NCBI GenBank assembly: GCA_965203905.1
Contig: CBDBDQ010000005.1
Coordinates: forward strand, 3,008,001-3,072,000
Source of the DNA: Spirochaetia bacterium
GTDB taxonomy: Bacteria; Spirochaetota; Spirochaetia; SZUA-6; Bin103
Direction of reading: 5' to 3'
DNA: 64,000 bases
Shown in pieces: positions 38,474 through 48,692 of this stretch (positions within the stretch are counted from its first letter, which is position 1; every line of letters starts with the position of its first letter). The notes under the pieces are model-generated. The model was not told the origin of the DNA. It searched no databases and saw only the letters and a list, made by a program, of their open reading frames with translations. The position numbers and the translations under genes are program-made.

Positions 38474-40030
38474 CTAACGGTAGTACTTCTCGTTCAGTTC
38501 CTGTTCCAGCTTGTCGTAGCCGGCGTCCCAGTACTCCTGCTTCATCTTCTCCCAGTTCTCCTCGCTGGGCTCGATCTCGCCCGCCAGGAAGGAGTTGTAG
38601 TACTTCCAGAAGATGTCGTTGGGCTTGGTGCCGACCTCGTCCATGGCCAGCAGGCTGCGGCCGTAGGCGGGGTTGATCACCACCTGGTCGTTCTCGTAGG
38701 CGTCCTTCAGCTCCTGGTCCCAGTTGCTGAGGAAGTCGACCAGCTCGGGGCGCTGCCCGGACTCGATCTCCTTCTCGCGGTCGCGCACCCCCTGGATGGA
38801 GGAAATCACCCGGTACCAGACGTGGTTGCCCGGGAGGCCCTCGAGCCCCCATCCCTCATGCGCCAGCAGCTCCTCGTTCTTGACCTTCCTGCCGTTCTCC
38901 AGCGTGTAGTGGACGCCCTCGATGCCGTCGACGAACAGCGTGTCCTGCTCTTCCATGATGAACTCCACGATGTCCAGCACCCGCGCCGGATCAGGCGTGT
39001 GGCGGTAGATGCTCACCGCCTCCCACCAGGGCGGCCCGGAGTAGCGCGCCACGCTGTTGGGGCCCATCGCGTTGGGCGCCATGGCGGTCAGCCTGACGTC
39101 CGGGAACAGCTCCCGCATCTCCTTCTCCAGGTAGACCCAGGAGGAGTGCCCCAGCAGCACGCCCGCCTTGCCGGAGGTGAACTTGCTGAGCTCGTCGCGG
39201 TAGGCCTGGTGCACGAAGATCTCGGGATCGATGATCCCCTCGGCGATCCAGCCGTTGACGTACTGGATGCCCTCGAGCCACTCCGGCTGGTAGATCGTGT
39301 GGATGAACTTGTCGCCGGTGTCGTAGTAGTCGAACGCAGCGGTGAAGCCGGTCACCAGGTGCTGCAGCCACCAGGAGTTGACGGTGGTGAGGCCGAAATT
39401 GCCGGTGCCGTCGGGATCTTCGGCCACGAACGCACGCAGCACGTCACCCAGCTCGTCGAGCGTCTGCGGCACCTCCAGCCCCAGCTTGTCCAGCCAGTCC
39501 CCGCGGATCACGAAGCCGTGGTTCCAGACGTCGTTCTTGACCGCGATCGCGTTCAGCTCGCCGGTGGCGGTCTCGAACGCGTGCACGCTGGGAAAGTCGG
39601 TGCGCGCCCAGATGTTGGGCCAGCGCTCCTGGTCCTGGCCAACGGTCTCGCGGATGTTCACGAGCTGCTGGTTGCTGGACAGGTTGCGATAGATGCTGCC
39701 GCCGAGGCCGGCGACCGGCGGGTGCGAGCTGAACAGGTCCGGAATGTCGCCGCTGGCGATCAGCAGGTTCAACCGTTCGTGGTGCCCGCGCTGCGCCGGG
39801 GCCGGGACGCTGATGTAGTCGATGTTGACATTGAACTTCTGCTCGATGAAGGCCTCGATCGAGTCGTCCGGCGCCATCTTCGACGTGCCCATCGACACGT
39901 CGCGGAACAGCAGCGTCAGGTCTATCGTCTCGTCGCTGCCGACGGCAGCGCCCTGGCCGCCGGCGGCGGCGGAGAACGGCAGCAGCAGCATGACCAGGCC
40001 CGCTGCCAGGAGAATCCGAAGTTGGTTCAT
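38474..40030 (-). CDS. ABC transporter substrate-binding protein (LplA-like)
   Basis: Signal AAAGGQG; LLIASGDIPD, IRGDWLDKLGLEVPQTLDEL, GIEGVHY. Confidence 0.9.
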   Translation of the reverse strand: MNQLRILLAAGLVMLLLPFSAAAGGQGAAVGSDETIDLTLLFRDVSMGTSKMAPDDSIEAFIEQKFNVNIDYISVPAPAQRGHHERLNLLIASGDIPDLFSSHPPVAGLGGSIYRNLSSNQQLVNIRETVGQDQERWPNIWARTDFPSVHAFETATGELNAIAVKNDVWNHGFVIRGDWLDKLGLEVPQTLDELGDVLRAFVAEDPDGTGNFGLTTVNSWWLQHLVTGFTAAFDYYDTGDKFIHTIYQPEWLEGIQYVNGWIAEGIIDPEIFVHQAYRDELSKFTSGKAGVLLGHSSWVYLEKEMRELFPDVRLTAMAPNAMGPNSVARYSGPPWWEAVSIYRHTPDPARVLDIVEFIMEEQDTLFVDGIEGVHYTLENGRKVKNEELLAHEGWGLEGLPGNHVWYRVISSIQGVRDREKEIESGQRPELVDFLSNWDQELKDAYENDQVVINPAYGRSLLAMDEVGTKPNDIFWKYYNSFLAGEIEPSEENWEKMKQEYWDAGYDKLEQELNEKYYR

Positions 40031-40073
40031 TCACAAGCCTCCTTGTGAAAACGTCGCGACAAGGGAAGATCCG

Positions 40074-40946
40074 TCATCCCTTGATGGCGCCGACCAGGAC
40101 CCCCTTCACGAAGTAGCGCTGCAGGAACGGGTAGACCAGCAGCACGGGAATGGTGGCCGCCATGATCGCCGCCAGCTTGATCTGCTCGCCGGCGAGGGTC
40201 AACTCCCGCGTCTCGCCCGGTACCGACTCGGCGCCGGCGCGCGAGATCATGAAGTACAGCACCGCCTGCAATGAGAACTTCTCCGCGTCCACGATGAAGA
40301 AGATCGCCGTGAAGAGGTCGTTCCAGCGGTCCACGGTGTAGAACAGGGTGATGGTCGCCAGCACCGGCATGCTGAGCGGGATCATCACCCGGAACAGCAC
40401 CGAGAACTCGTTGCAGCCGTCGATGATGGCGGCGTCCTTCAGGTCCTGCGGCACGCCCTGGAAGTTGGTCTTGAGGATCAGCAGGTAGAAGGTGGTCACT
40501 AGGTGCGGCGCGATGTACACCCACAGCGTGTCGATGAGCCCCAGCGAACGGTAGATCAGGTAGGTCGGGATCAGCCCGCCGTTGAACAGCATGGTGAAGA
40601 TGATCAGCGACATCAGCAGGTTGCGGCCCGGCAGCGCCCGTTCCGAGGTCACGTAGGCGGCCAGGCAGGTCACGGTCATGCTGAGCAGGGTGCCGACCAC
40701 GGTCACGAACACGGTCACCTTGTAGGCATTGGGAATCGTGGGCGAGGAGAAGATCGTCTTGTATCCCAGGAACGACAGCTCGCCCGGCCACAGCAGCAGG
40801 GTGTGAGTCGAGTAGTAGGAGAAGGGGACCATCGACCCCACCATCACGTACCAGAACGGATACAGCGTCAGGAACGCGAACAGCAGCAGGAAGACCACGT
40901 TGCCGGCGCGGAACAGGCGCTGCCCCGGGGTGACGGTCCGGATCAA
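40074..40946 (-). CDS. Carbohydrate ABC permease (LplC-like)
   Basis: FTMLFNGGLIPTY, DAAIIDGCN, YPFLQRYFVKGVLVGAIKG; TTG start overlaps upstream stop. Confidence 0.9.
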   Translation of the reverse strand: MIRTVTPGQRLFRAGNVVFLLLFAFLTLYPFWYVMVGSMVPFSYYSTHTLLLWPGELSFLGYKTIFSSPTIPNAYKVTVFVTVVGTLLSMTVTCLAAYVTSERALPGRNLLMSLIIFTMLFNGGLIPTYLIYRSLGLIDTLWVYIAPHLVTTFYLLILKTNFQGVPQDLKDAAIIDGCNEFSVLFRVMIPLSMPVLATITLFYTVDRWNDLFTAIFFIVDAEKFSLQAVLYFMISRAGAESVPGETRELTLAGEQIKLAAIMAATIPVLLVYPFLQRYFVKGVLVGAIKG

Positions 40947-41863
40947 ATCAGGCCGTCCTCGCCCAGCGCCTTGAACAGCCGGTCGGCCCCGTAGATCAGG
41001 ATCAGCCCGATCACCGACTTGAAGATCCCCACCACCGTGGCGTAGCTGTAGCGGGCGGCCTGCAGCCCCTGCCGGTAGACGTAGGTGTCGATGATGTCGC
41101 CGACCTCCTGCGTCAGCGAGTTGTAGAGCACGAAGATCTGGTCGAAGCCGGCGTTCATGATGTCCGCCAGTGACAGGATCAACAGCAGGATGATGGCGGG
41201 CCTGATGCCGGGCAGGGTGACGTGCCAGGTCTGCCGCCACTTGCCGGCGCCGTCGATCACCGCGGACTCGTACAGCTCGACGTTGATCCCGGCCAGCGCC
41301 GCCAGGTAGATGATCGAGCCCCAGCCGGCCGTCTTCCAGATGTGCGAGATGGTGACGATGGGGCGGAACCAGTCCGCCTTCATCAGGTACGACTGCGGGG
41401 TGCCGCCGAGCAGTTCCACGATCTGGTTCACCAGCCCGCCGTGGATCGACAGGATGTTGATCATGATGCCCGCCAGGATCACCCAGGAGATGAAGCGGGG
41501 CAGGTAGATGATGGTCTGGATCACCCGCTTGAAGCCCATGTGCAGCACTTCGTTGAGCAGCAGCGCGATGATGATGGGAGCGGGAAACCCGAACACCAGC
41601 TTCAGCAGGCTGATGATGGCGGTGTTGCGCACCACCTTCCAGAAGTAGCTGTCGCCGAACACCTGCTCGAAGTTGGACAGCCCCGCCCAGGGGCTGCCGA
41701 GGATGCCCTTGAAGACGTTGTAGTCCTTGAAGGCGATGATAAGCCCGTACATCGGGGCGTAGTGGAACAGGGTGTAGAACAGCAGCACCGGCACCGCCAT
41801 CAGGTACAGATAGCGGTAGCGGCGCAGGACCCTGATCCGTCTGCCGAGGACGCCGGCCGTCAC
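40943..41863 (-). CDS. Carbohydrate ABC permease (LplB-like)
   Basis: PMYGLIIAFKDY, YLPRFISWV, IIYLAALAGINVELYESAVIDGA, DIIDTYVY. Confidence 0.92.
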   Translation of the reverse strand: MTAGVLGRRIRVLRRYRYLYLMAVPVLLFYTLFHYAPMYGLIIAFKDYNVFKGILGSPWAGLSNFEQVFGDSYFWKVVRNTAIISLLKLVFGFPAPIIIALLLNEVLHMGFKRVIQTIIYLPRFISWVILAGIMINILSIHGGLVNQIVELLGGTPQSYLMKADWFRPIVTISHIWKTAGWGSIIYLAALAGINVELYESAVIDGAGKWRQTWHVTLPGIRPAIILLLILSLADIMNAGFDQIFVLYNSLTQEVGDIIDTYVYRQGLQAARYSYATVVGIFKSVIGLILIYGADRLFKALGEDGLI

Positions 41864-41882
41864 GAGTGGTGGGTGCGTTTCC

Positions 41883-42806
41883 TTATTCGCCGTTCTGCTT
41901 GGCGACGGTGTGCCACGCCGGCTGGATCTGCAGCGGCAGCGGGCGCCAGTAGTAGCGTAGCGGGTCGTCGGGCGCCCAGTCGGCGTACACCTGCTCCCAG
42001 TCGAGCACGCCCAGGTGCACGTTCAGGGCGCCGGCGTCGGCCGGCTCGCTGACGCGCTGGTAGCGGAAGCTGCCGGCGAGCCGGATGCGGTCGCCGCTGG
42101 CGTTGTCCACGCCCTGGTGCACCGTGAGGCTGTGGAACAGCAGCACGTCGCCGGCGATCATCGGGCTCCACACCCAGGGCGCGCCGGCCCGCACCGCGAC
42201 GGTCTCCTTGTCGGCTCCCACCGGGAGCCAGCCGCCTTCGTTCGAGCCCTCGACCACCGCCAGCCCGCCCAGCGCCTCGTCGCAGTCGCCGTACGGCACC
42301 CACGCGGTCCAGGTGTCGGGGGCGCCGCGCACCGGCTGGAAGTCCTGGTGCGCCGGCGTGGTGTACTTCAGGTCCTCGGGGAAGATGGCGTGGACGATGT
42401 GGCGCGGGTGCACCCACACCGCCTCCCCCAGCAACTGCTCCAGGGCCCCCATCAGGCGGGGATGGTGCGGCAGGGCGTGGAACACCCGCAGCCGCTGCAG
42501 GTCGCGGTAGTAGGCCGCGAACTCCGGCGTGCGGTCGTACTCGGTCAGGTGGACTCCGGGCCGGGCGACGCCCGCCTCCAGCGGAGCGGCGCCGTCCAGC
42601 GCGCCGTGGGCGGCGGTCACTTCGAGCACGGCGCGGCGCACCGCCTGCACCTCCGCCGCCGGCAGCAGGCCGCGGAAGTACAGGTAGCCGCGCTCCCGCG
42701 CCGCGTCGCGCAGCCCCGCGCCGTCTCCCAGCAGCGGGCTGCAATCGACGAACGGCGAGCAGGCGCTCAACTCGATATTGGAAACGGTAACGGATGTGGC
42801 GCCCAC
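41883..42806 (-). CDS. PhyH family dioxygenase
   Basis: RERGYLYFRGLL, TPAHQD, TAWVPYGD, GDVLLFHSLTVH. Confidence 0.88.
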   Translation of the reverse strand: MGATSVTVSNIELSACSPFVDCSPLLGDGAGLRDAARERGYLYFRGLLPAAEVQAVRRAVLEVTAAHGALDGAAPLEAGVARPGVHLTEYDRTPEFAAYYRDLQRLRVFHALPHHPRLMGALEQLLGEAVWVHPRHIVHAIFPEDLKYTTPAHQDFQPVRGAPDTWTAWVPYGDCDEALGGLAVVEGSNEGGWLPVGADKETVAVRAGAPWVWSPMIAGDVLLFHSLTVHQGVDNASGDRIRLAGSFRYQRVSEPADAGALNVHLGVLDWEQVYADWAPDDPLRYYWRPLPLQIQPAWHTVAKQNGE

Positions 42807-43205
42807 GCGGCCCCTCCTGCGGTCTACTGCTACCTGCCCGGCCGCAAGCCACGGTCCGCTCGCGGCCGGGTCGGCTGTCCGCGATGGTAGTGTCGATCAG
42901 GTTACGGTCGCAATGCCGAAGAGCCGGCACCCCCGGCGCGGCGCATCACACCAGTCACGTGCCGGCGACACGTCCGTTCAGCGACCTGGTATCATTCGGG
43001 CATCCGTCGAAAGCGGACCCGAGCGGGCGTGACAACTCACCGCCGGCCAACGTAGCTTAATGCCGCCTCCTGCTCCTCCTCGACATCCCCCAATGGCGAT
43101 TCCCGCCGCCGGGAAACCCGCCACATTGGCGATTCGGAGTGTGTCCCAAAGCCCCTTGAGCGGCGCGGGGAATCAGCATAGCCGACTCAGTGCAGGGCCT
43201 GTGTC

Positions 43206-44288
43206 TCAACCCTGCTCGTAAAACCAACCGGGCTGGATGCGGGCGATATGCAGGCCGTCCAGGGCGTGGTAGCTCACGAGGACAAGGTCATCCAGATGAA
43301 GGACGCTGGGGTAACCGAAATCTCCGTAAGGATCGCCGGCAATGATACGCTCGTTTTCCCATGTTGCTCCCTCATCACGGCTGATGACAGAAGTGAGCGG
43401 CGTGCGGATATAGTGCTTGTTTCCGTCTCCCCTGTTGTAGACGCGAGGCCTCTCCCCGGGCTCCTTCCCGCCGTTGCCGGTAGCACGCACCAGGAGCAGG
43501 TCACCGGTCGATGGGATACGACTGACGTGGAGGGCAGAACTGTTCATGGGAAGTCTCAATTCCTCTACAATCCGACCTTTCGACCAGGTCTGGCCCCGAT
43601 CCTCTGAGTCGGCCCGTCCGACATACCCGCTGTAAGTCCGGAACAGCATCATCACTCGCCCGTCTCTCAACTCGACGAGGTGAGGCTCCTGAGATTCTAT
43701 GCCCTGCTGCAACAGGTTGACGTGGTTGTCACTCCGCTGCCAGGTGTGACCATCATCATCGGAATACCAGGCCGTACTGACGAATCCGCGGTGATCGTTT
43801 TCGAGCCCCATATCGACCCTCAACTCGGCCGGAGCGAGGATGCGATCGCTGGCCAGGCGCAGCAGCTTGTCGTTGTGGACCAGGCAGGCCCGTTCGCTGC
43901 TGGGAGTCAACACTTTGGGGGCGCTCCAGGTCTCTCCTTCATCATCCGAGAACCGGTAATAGGAGTGCCCGTAGGGGTCGCGATGACCGACGCTCCAGAT
44001 ATAGGCCATCATCAGTTGGCCGTTCTTTCGTCGTACAAAGCTGGGTGTTCCCACCGCTTCGCCGGCGGGAGACAAGAATCGCGCATCGGGTCCTGCAAGG
44101 AGCTGTTGTGGTTCGCTCCAAGTCTGCCCGCGGTCGCCGGAAGAACAAGCATAGATGCCGGAACGCCCATCGGGCAAATCGCCAAAGGCATACAATAGCC
44201 GCCCGTCCCGAAGCTGGGCGATGTCGCCGTTCATCCCCCTGGTGAATATCGGAGGATCGACTTCAAACACGTGGACATCACTGAACAT
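43206..44288 (-). CDS. Sialidase-like / BNR (Asp-box) repeat glycoside hydrolase, no signal peptide
   Basis: Five Asp-boxes S.D.G.TW (SGDRGQTW, SDDEGETW, SDDDGHTW, SEDRGQTW, SRDEGATW), RTPL, GYPS. Confidence 0.82.
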   Translation of the reverse strand: MFSDVHVFEVDPPIFTRGMNGDIAQLRDGRLLYAFGDLPDGRSGIYACSSGDRGQTWSEPQQLLAGPDARFLSPAGEAVGTPSFVRRKNGQLMMAYIWSVGHRDPYGHSYYRFSDDEGETWSAPKVLTPSSERACLVHNDKLLRLASDRILAPAELRVDMGLENDHRGFVSTAWYSDDDGHTWQRSDNHVNLLQQGIESQEPHLVELRDGRVMMLFRTYSGYVGRADSEDRGQTWSKGRIVEELRLPMNSSALHVSRIPSTGDLLLVRATGNGGKEPGERPRVYNRGDGNKHYIRTPLTSVISRDEGATWENERIIAGDPYGDFGYPSVLHLDDLVLVSYHALDGLHIARIQPGWFYEQG

Positions 44289-44305
44289 GGTTTTCCTCAT
44301 TCTGC

Positions 44306-44337
44306 GCAAAGAGGAGCCCGTAAAGGCTCCTCTTTGC
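44306..44337. terminator. Perfect 13-bp hairpin between SBP and BNR hydrolase
   Basis: GCAAAGAGGAGCC-CGTAAA-GGCTCCTCTTTGC. Confidence 0.6.
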
Positions 44338-44446
44338 TTTAACAGGCAGTCAGACGTTGCTCCTGCCTAACCCGAAAACCATGTCCAGCAGGCGAACGAG
44401 TGCGCCCGTTGCCAAGGTCTTCGGCGTCACGGTGTGGCATTGCATA

Positions 44447-46072
44447 CTAATCGATAGCCTGCTGTGTGAGGGCGATATAATCTGCGAGCCCAAGGCCCTT
44501 CAATCCCTCCACGTATGCGTCCCAGTCGGACTCGATGTCCTTCTGGCCGGTGATGAACGCGGCCGTGTTCTGACGCACATAGCCCTCGATTTCGGTCTGG
44601 TACTGAGCTACTCGCTGGGCATCGTCATCAGAAAAATACAACCGGCTGGGCACGGTCTCAGCGGGGACGTACGGAATGTACTTGTCGCTCTCCACGACCA
44701 GGTATCTCTCATAGCCCGCGAGCGTGGTGATATCCTGGTCAGCGGCCCAACTGTTGAACAGTTCCTTGGGCCAGAACGGGTACCACATATTGCCCCAGTC
44801 ATTGTGCCGTACTTCGGTCTGCCAGAGCAGCGGAAAAGCCAGGTAGACTGCCTGCTCACCATTGAGACCCAGCTCGCCGGGTTCGGCCCATCTCCAATAC
44901 TCGGCGCCGTCCTTGTTCTTTTGCAGACCCCAAAGCTGAGTCATGGTGCCCTCTACGCTATAGGACCAATCCGCCAGTTCCCACGCCTTGTCGATCTGCG
45001 CCTGGGTCGCCTTGTCGGTGATGGCGAATCTCCCAGTGCGGACGCCGCTGGGATAGTAGGCGGCAAACTGCACGCCCTTGGGACCCTGCAACGGCGGAAT
45101 CGCCCGATACTGCTGCCAGTTGTCGTCCCCGTGGTTGAACATACGGTTGTGTCCCGCGACAAAAGCGCCGAGAAGTCGCGGCTCCTGATTGGCCAGAGCC
45201 GCGCCAGCATCGGGATTCTGGGTAAACCCTTGAGGATCCAGCAACCCCTTCTGAAACAGCTTCGCCATGTAGCGCAAGCCCTCTCTCCACTCCGGCTTGT
45301 CGGCTGCGAAACCGACCTGGCCGTGGTTCATGGTCAGGAACCGCTCGCCGTCGTTATAGATGAACGCACCCATGAGAAAGTCATAGATGTACCCGTGCCA
45401 CCACGGGGTGCCGATGCCGGTCCAGGGGATCTCATCCTGCTTGCCGTTGCCGTTGGGATCGCCGGTTTTGAAAGCCTCCAGTACAGTCTCGAGCTCGGCG
45501 GTGGTACCGGGCATGTCCAGGCCCAGCGCCTCGAGCCACTCGGTGTTGATCCATGCCTTCTGAGCGACCGAGCAGTGATAACACTCCGAAAAGTCAGGGA
45601 GCGAGTAGATGTTGCCGTCGGGCGTCGTGATGGCCGGCCTGATATATGGTTTCTGCTCAAACCCTGCCTGTATGTTCGGGCTCCTCTCGGGATCGTCGAT
45701 GAGCGCGTTCAACGCTATCAGGATACCCTCGCGGCCGTACCGCATCTGGTCCGCATTGGTGAAATCGCCGGCCAGGAAGATCGCCGGGTAATCACCGCTT
45801 GCCAACAGCAGCTGTTGCTTGTCACGGCGTCCTCCCCGGTCCGACTCGACGAAAATCTCCCACTCGATCTTGATGTTGAACCGCTCCTCGATCATCGCGG
45901 TCATCTCGTTACAGGGAGAGTCGAAACACTTCACTGGGCGGCCCACTGACGGCACCCCGAAAATACTCAGAGTGACCGCTCCATCGGCCGCTCCCTGCTC
46001 GCCCTCGGCGGCAGCATATGCCATGCTGGACAGCACTAGCAGCGCACTGAAAAACAACAACGTTTTTCCCAT
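44447..46072 (-). CDS. ABC transporter substrate-binding protein (LplA-like)
   Basis: Signal AYAAAEGEQG; LLLASGDYP, WINTEWLEALGLDMPGT, DPNGNGKQDEIP. Confidence 0.9.
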   Translation of the reverse strand: MGKTLLFFSALLVLSSMAYAAAEGEQGAADGAVTLSIFGVPSVGRPVKCFDSPCNEMTAMIEERFNIKIEWEIFVESDRGGRRDKQQLLLASGDYPAIFLAGDFTNADQMRYGREGILIALNALIDDPERSPNIQAGFEQKPYIRPAITTPDGNIYSLPDFSECYHCSVAQKAWINTEWLEALGLDMPGTTAELETVLEAFKTGDPNGNGKQDEIPWTGIGTPWWHGYIYDFLMGAFIYNDGERFLTMNHGQVGFAADKPEWREGLRYMAKLFQKGLLDPQGFTQNPDAGAALANQEPRLLGAFVAGHNRMFNHGDDNWQQYRAIPPLQGPKGVQFAAYYPSGVRTGRFAITDKATQAQIDKAWELADWSYSVEGTMTQLWGLQKNKDGAEYWRWAEPGELGLNGEQAVYLAFPLLWQTEVRHNDWGNMWYPFWPKELFNSWAADQDITTLAGYERYLVVESDKYIPYVPAETVPSRLYFSDDDAQRVAQYQTEIEGYVRQNTAAFITGQKDIESDWDAYVEGLKGLGLADYIALTQQAID

Positions 46073-46142
46073 ACTAATCCTCCACATAGGATTTATGATT
46101 TTCGTTGGGCGCAACGCGCCCACAGCTACAAGACCAAGGCAC

Positions 46143-47042
46143 TCATCCCTTCAATGAGCCAATCATGACTCCTTTGATAAAGTGCTTCTGCGCAAACGGG
46201 TAAAGGGCGATAATGGGCGCACTGGCAACCACGATAAGCGAGTATTTCAACAGTGCGACAAGGTTCTGTCTGGCGACCTGTTCGGTGGCCACCACCATCA
46301 TGTCTCGCGCTTGATTGAGTATCAGGATATTCCGCAGCACGATCTGCAGCGGAAACAGCCTGGGGTTGTTGAGGTACATCAACGCGTCGAAGTAGGCATT
46401 CCAGTGGAACACGGCATACAGCAGCACGAGTACCGCGATGACCGGTTTCGACAGCGGCAACACCACGCGCCACAGGAAATTTGCGTCGCTGCAGCCATCC
46501 ATCTCGGCAGCCTCCGCCAGCTCATCGGGGATGGTAGACGCGAAAAAGGTCCTGGCAACGATCACCTGCCACACGTGGAGCGCCTGCGGAATCAACATGG
46601 CCAGGCGTGTATTCAATATGCCGACCCGCCTGACGGTCAGATAGAGGGGTATCAGACCCCCTGCGAACATCATGGTGAACACCAGGGCCAACACGATGAA
46701 CTTGCCGCCGAAGAAGTCCTTTCTCGACAGCGGATACGCCACCAGAACGGTGACGATAATGTTGATAAGCGTACCAAACACCGTGTAGACGGCGCTGTTG
46801 ACGTAACCAAGCAGGATGGTGGAATGCCTGAATACCGTCTCGTAGCCTACCAGAGTCGGTTCTACCGGCAACAGCCACACCTTGCCCGCTCCGACGGCCT
46901 GCCCGGAACTGAATGACGAGCTGACGATGAAAATGAGCGGATAGGTGATGGCTACCAGCACCAAGGTCAGGAAGGCGAAAACGAATCCGAGAAAGATCCG
47001 GTCTCCGCGGGATTCCCGGATACTGCCGTAGGTGGCTACCAC
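46143..47042 (-). CDS. Carbohydrate ABC permease (LplC-like)
   Basis: AYPLSRKDF, IPDELAEAAEMDGC, YPFAQKHFIKGVMIGSLKG. Confidence 0.92.
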   Translation of the reverse strand: MVATYGSIRESRGDRIFLGFVFAFLTLVLVAITYPLIFIVSSSFSSGQAVGAGKVWLLPVEPTLVGYETVFRHSTILLGYVNSAVYTVFGTLINIIVTVLVAYPLSRKDFFGGKFIVLALVFTMMFAGGLIPLYLTVRRVGILNTRLAMLIPQALHVWQVIVARTFFASTIPDELAEAAEMDGCSDANFLWRVVLPLSKPVIAVLVLLYAVFHWNAYFDALMYLNNPRLFPLQIVLRNILILNQARDMMVVATEQVARQNLVALLKYSLIVVASAPIIALYPFAQKHFIKGVMIGSLKG

Positions 47043-48004
47043 AAGCTGTGTTCCGTCACCCTGCGGGCCAGGGTGTTCACCGCGATGAGAATCGCGAAGT
47101 TGATCACGGAGTTGAACAGCCCCACGGCCGCGCCAAAGCTGAAGCTGGCATTGATGATGCCGATCTTGTAGACATACGTAGCGATGACTTCCGAGGCAGG
47201 AAGATTAAGTGCGTTCTGCAGCAGAAACACCTTCTCGAAGCCCACGTTCATGACATCTCCGGCCTGCAGGATGAGGAGTATGACTATCGTTGGCAGGATA
47301 CCGGGGATGTCGATGTGGCCGATTTTCTGGACTCTTGATGCACCGTCAATCCTGGCAGCCTCGTAGAGCTCCGGATTGATGCCGGACAGTGCAGCTATAT
47401 AGATGATTGCGCCGAATCCGGCGTGTTGCCAGACATCCGAAAACACGTAGACATACTTGAATGCTCCGGCGATGGCCATGAGATCGGTCATTCCACCGGC
47501 GGAAAACAGGGCGATTACCTTGCCGACAAAGCCGATCCGCGGATTCAGAAAGACGATGATCATGGCGGCCATCACGACGGTCGAGATGAAGTGAGGCGCG
47601 TAGGTGACCGTCTGCACGGTCTTCTTGAACACCCCGGTACGCACTTCGTTGAGGGCAAGGGCGAGGATGATCGGCGAAACGAATCCGATTGTCAAAGCAA
47701 GCAGGCTGATTGAGAGCGTGTTCCTGATCAGTATCCAGAAATAGGGCGAATTGACAAAGCGGGCGAATTCGGTCAACCCGATCCATTCGCTGCCCCAAAT
47801 ACCCTGTCTCGGGCTGTAGTCCCGGAACGCGATTTGGGCGCCGGCCATGGGTACATATTTGAAAATGATGATGTAGACGACTGCGGGTGCGATGAACAGA
47901 TAGAACTGCCAGTGCTTGGCGATGAGCCTCTTGGCCCTGGCCCATCCCGCCGTTGACGGATGGTATGCAGCGGGATGGGCGTCCAGAGCCTTGTCGGTAC
48001 GCAT
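47036..48004 (-). CDS. Carbohydrate ABC permease (LplB-like)
   Basis: YAPHFISTVV, INPELYEAARIDGA, GFEKVFLLQN; start MRTDK after AAAGG. Confidence 0.92.
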   Translation of the reverse strand: MRTDKALDAHPAAYHPSTAGWARAKRLIAKHWQFYLFIAPAVVYIIIFKYVPMAGAQIAFRDYSPRQGIWGSEWIGLTEFARFVNSPYFWILIRNTLSISLLALTIGFVSPIILALALNEVRTGVFKKTVQTVTYAPHFISTVVMAAMIIVFLNPRIGFVGKVIALFSAGGMTDLMAIAGAFKYVYVFSDVWQHAGFGAIIYIAALSGINPELYEAARIDGASRVQKIGHIDIPGILPTIVILLILQAGDVMNVGFEKVFLLQNALNLPASEVIATYVYKIGIINASFSFGAAVGLFNSVINFAILIAVNTLARRVTEHSLW

Positions 48005-48303
48005 CGTTTCCTTTCTGGTACGGTGGGCCACGCCTGATGCGGTCGCTGTCAGAAGCGATCTCCGCGAGTGCCTAGCAGTCGTCCCACTCTGGGCTTCGTT
48101 GGGGGGTATGTCAAGGCCGCGATCGGGTGCAATTCGACGACGGAGTTCGTACGCGAATGGGCGCGGGCTCTCGGACGGAACGCCGTGCTGGAATTCACCG
48201 GTGACTACGGGCGGGCCGGCGCTTTCGGCGCGACGCGCACGAGCGGCTGACCGCCTTCTCGTGCGCGCCGGTCGGATGCGCCACGGCGACCCAGGGGGCG
48301 CTG

Positions 48304-48692
48304 CTACCAGATCACCTCGATGTCGGGGTAACGGCGCAGGCGGCGGTCCTTGCTGATCAGCGGGCAATCCAGCGCCTGTGCGGTGGCCACGATCAACCGA
48401 TCGGCCGGGTCACCGTGGATGTCCGGTAACCTTACCGTGGCGCCATGTGGTGGTCCACTGCGACAAACTGAAGGTACGACAGCCGCTCGGCACGACGCAG
48501 CAGGGCCTGGGGAGACATGGTCAGCACCAACCGACCCTTCTTCACGAGCATGAACAGCTCCCACACGCTGATCGCCGATACCAGCGCCCTGCGTTGGCGC
48601 CGTGCCCGCTCGAGTGCCGTTCGCGCGGTACCCGAGAGCTCCTGGGGAGCGGTAAGGTGCCAGATCCACGCGTGGGTATCCAGCAGCGTCAC
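48304..48692 (-). pseudogene. vapC: VapC/PIN-domain toxin, frameshifted near 48440
   Basis: LLDTHAWIW...SAISVWEL in one frame; HGDPADRLIVATA...LISKD..L..YP...IW in another. Confidence 0.85.

Noticed and set aside
42810-43200. 390-bp intergenic region as possible ncRNA or IS end (GAGTGTGTCCCAAA)
   Set aside because: No recognisable RNA family motif and no matching partner end seen
48068-48250. Small plus-strand ORF (EFVREWARALGRNAVLEF) as a gene remnant
   Set aside because: No family recognised; overlaps the permease promoter region
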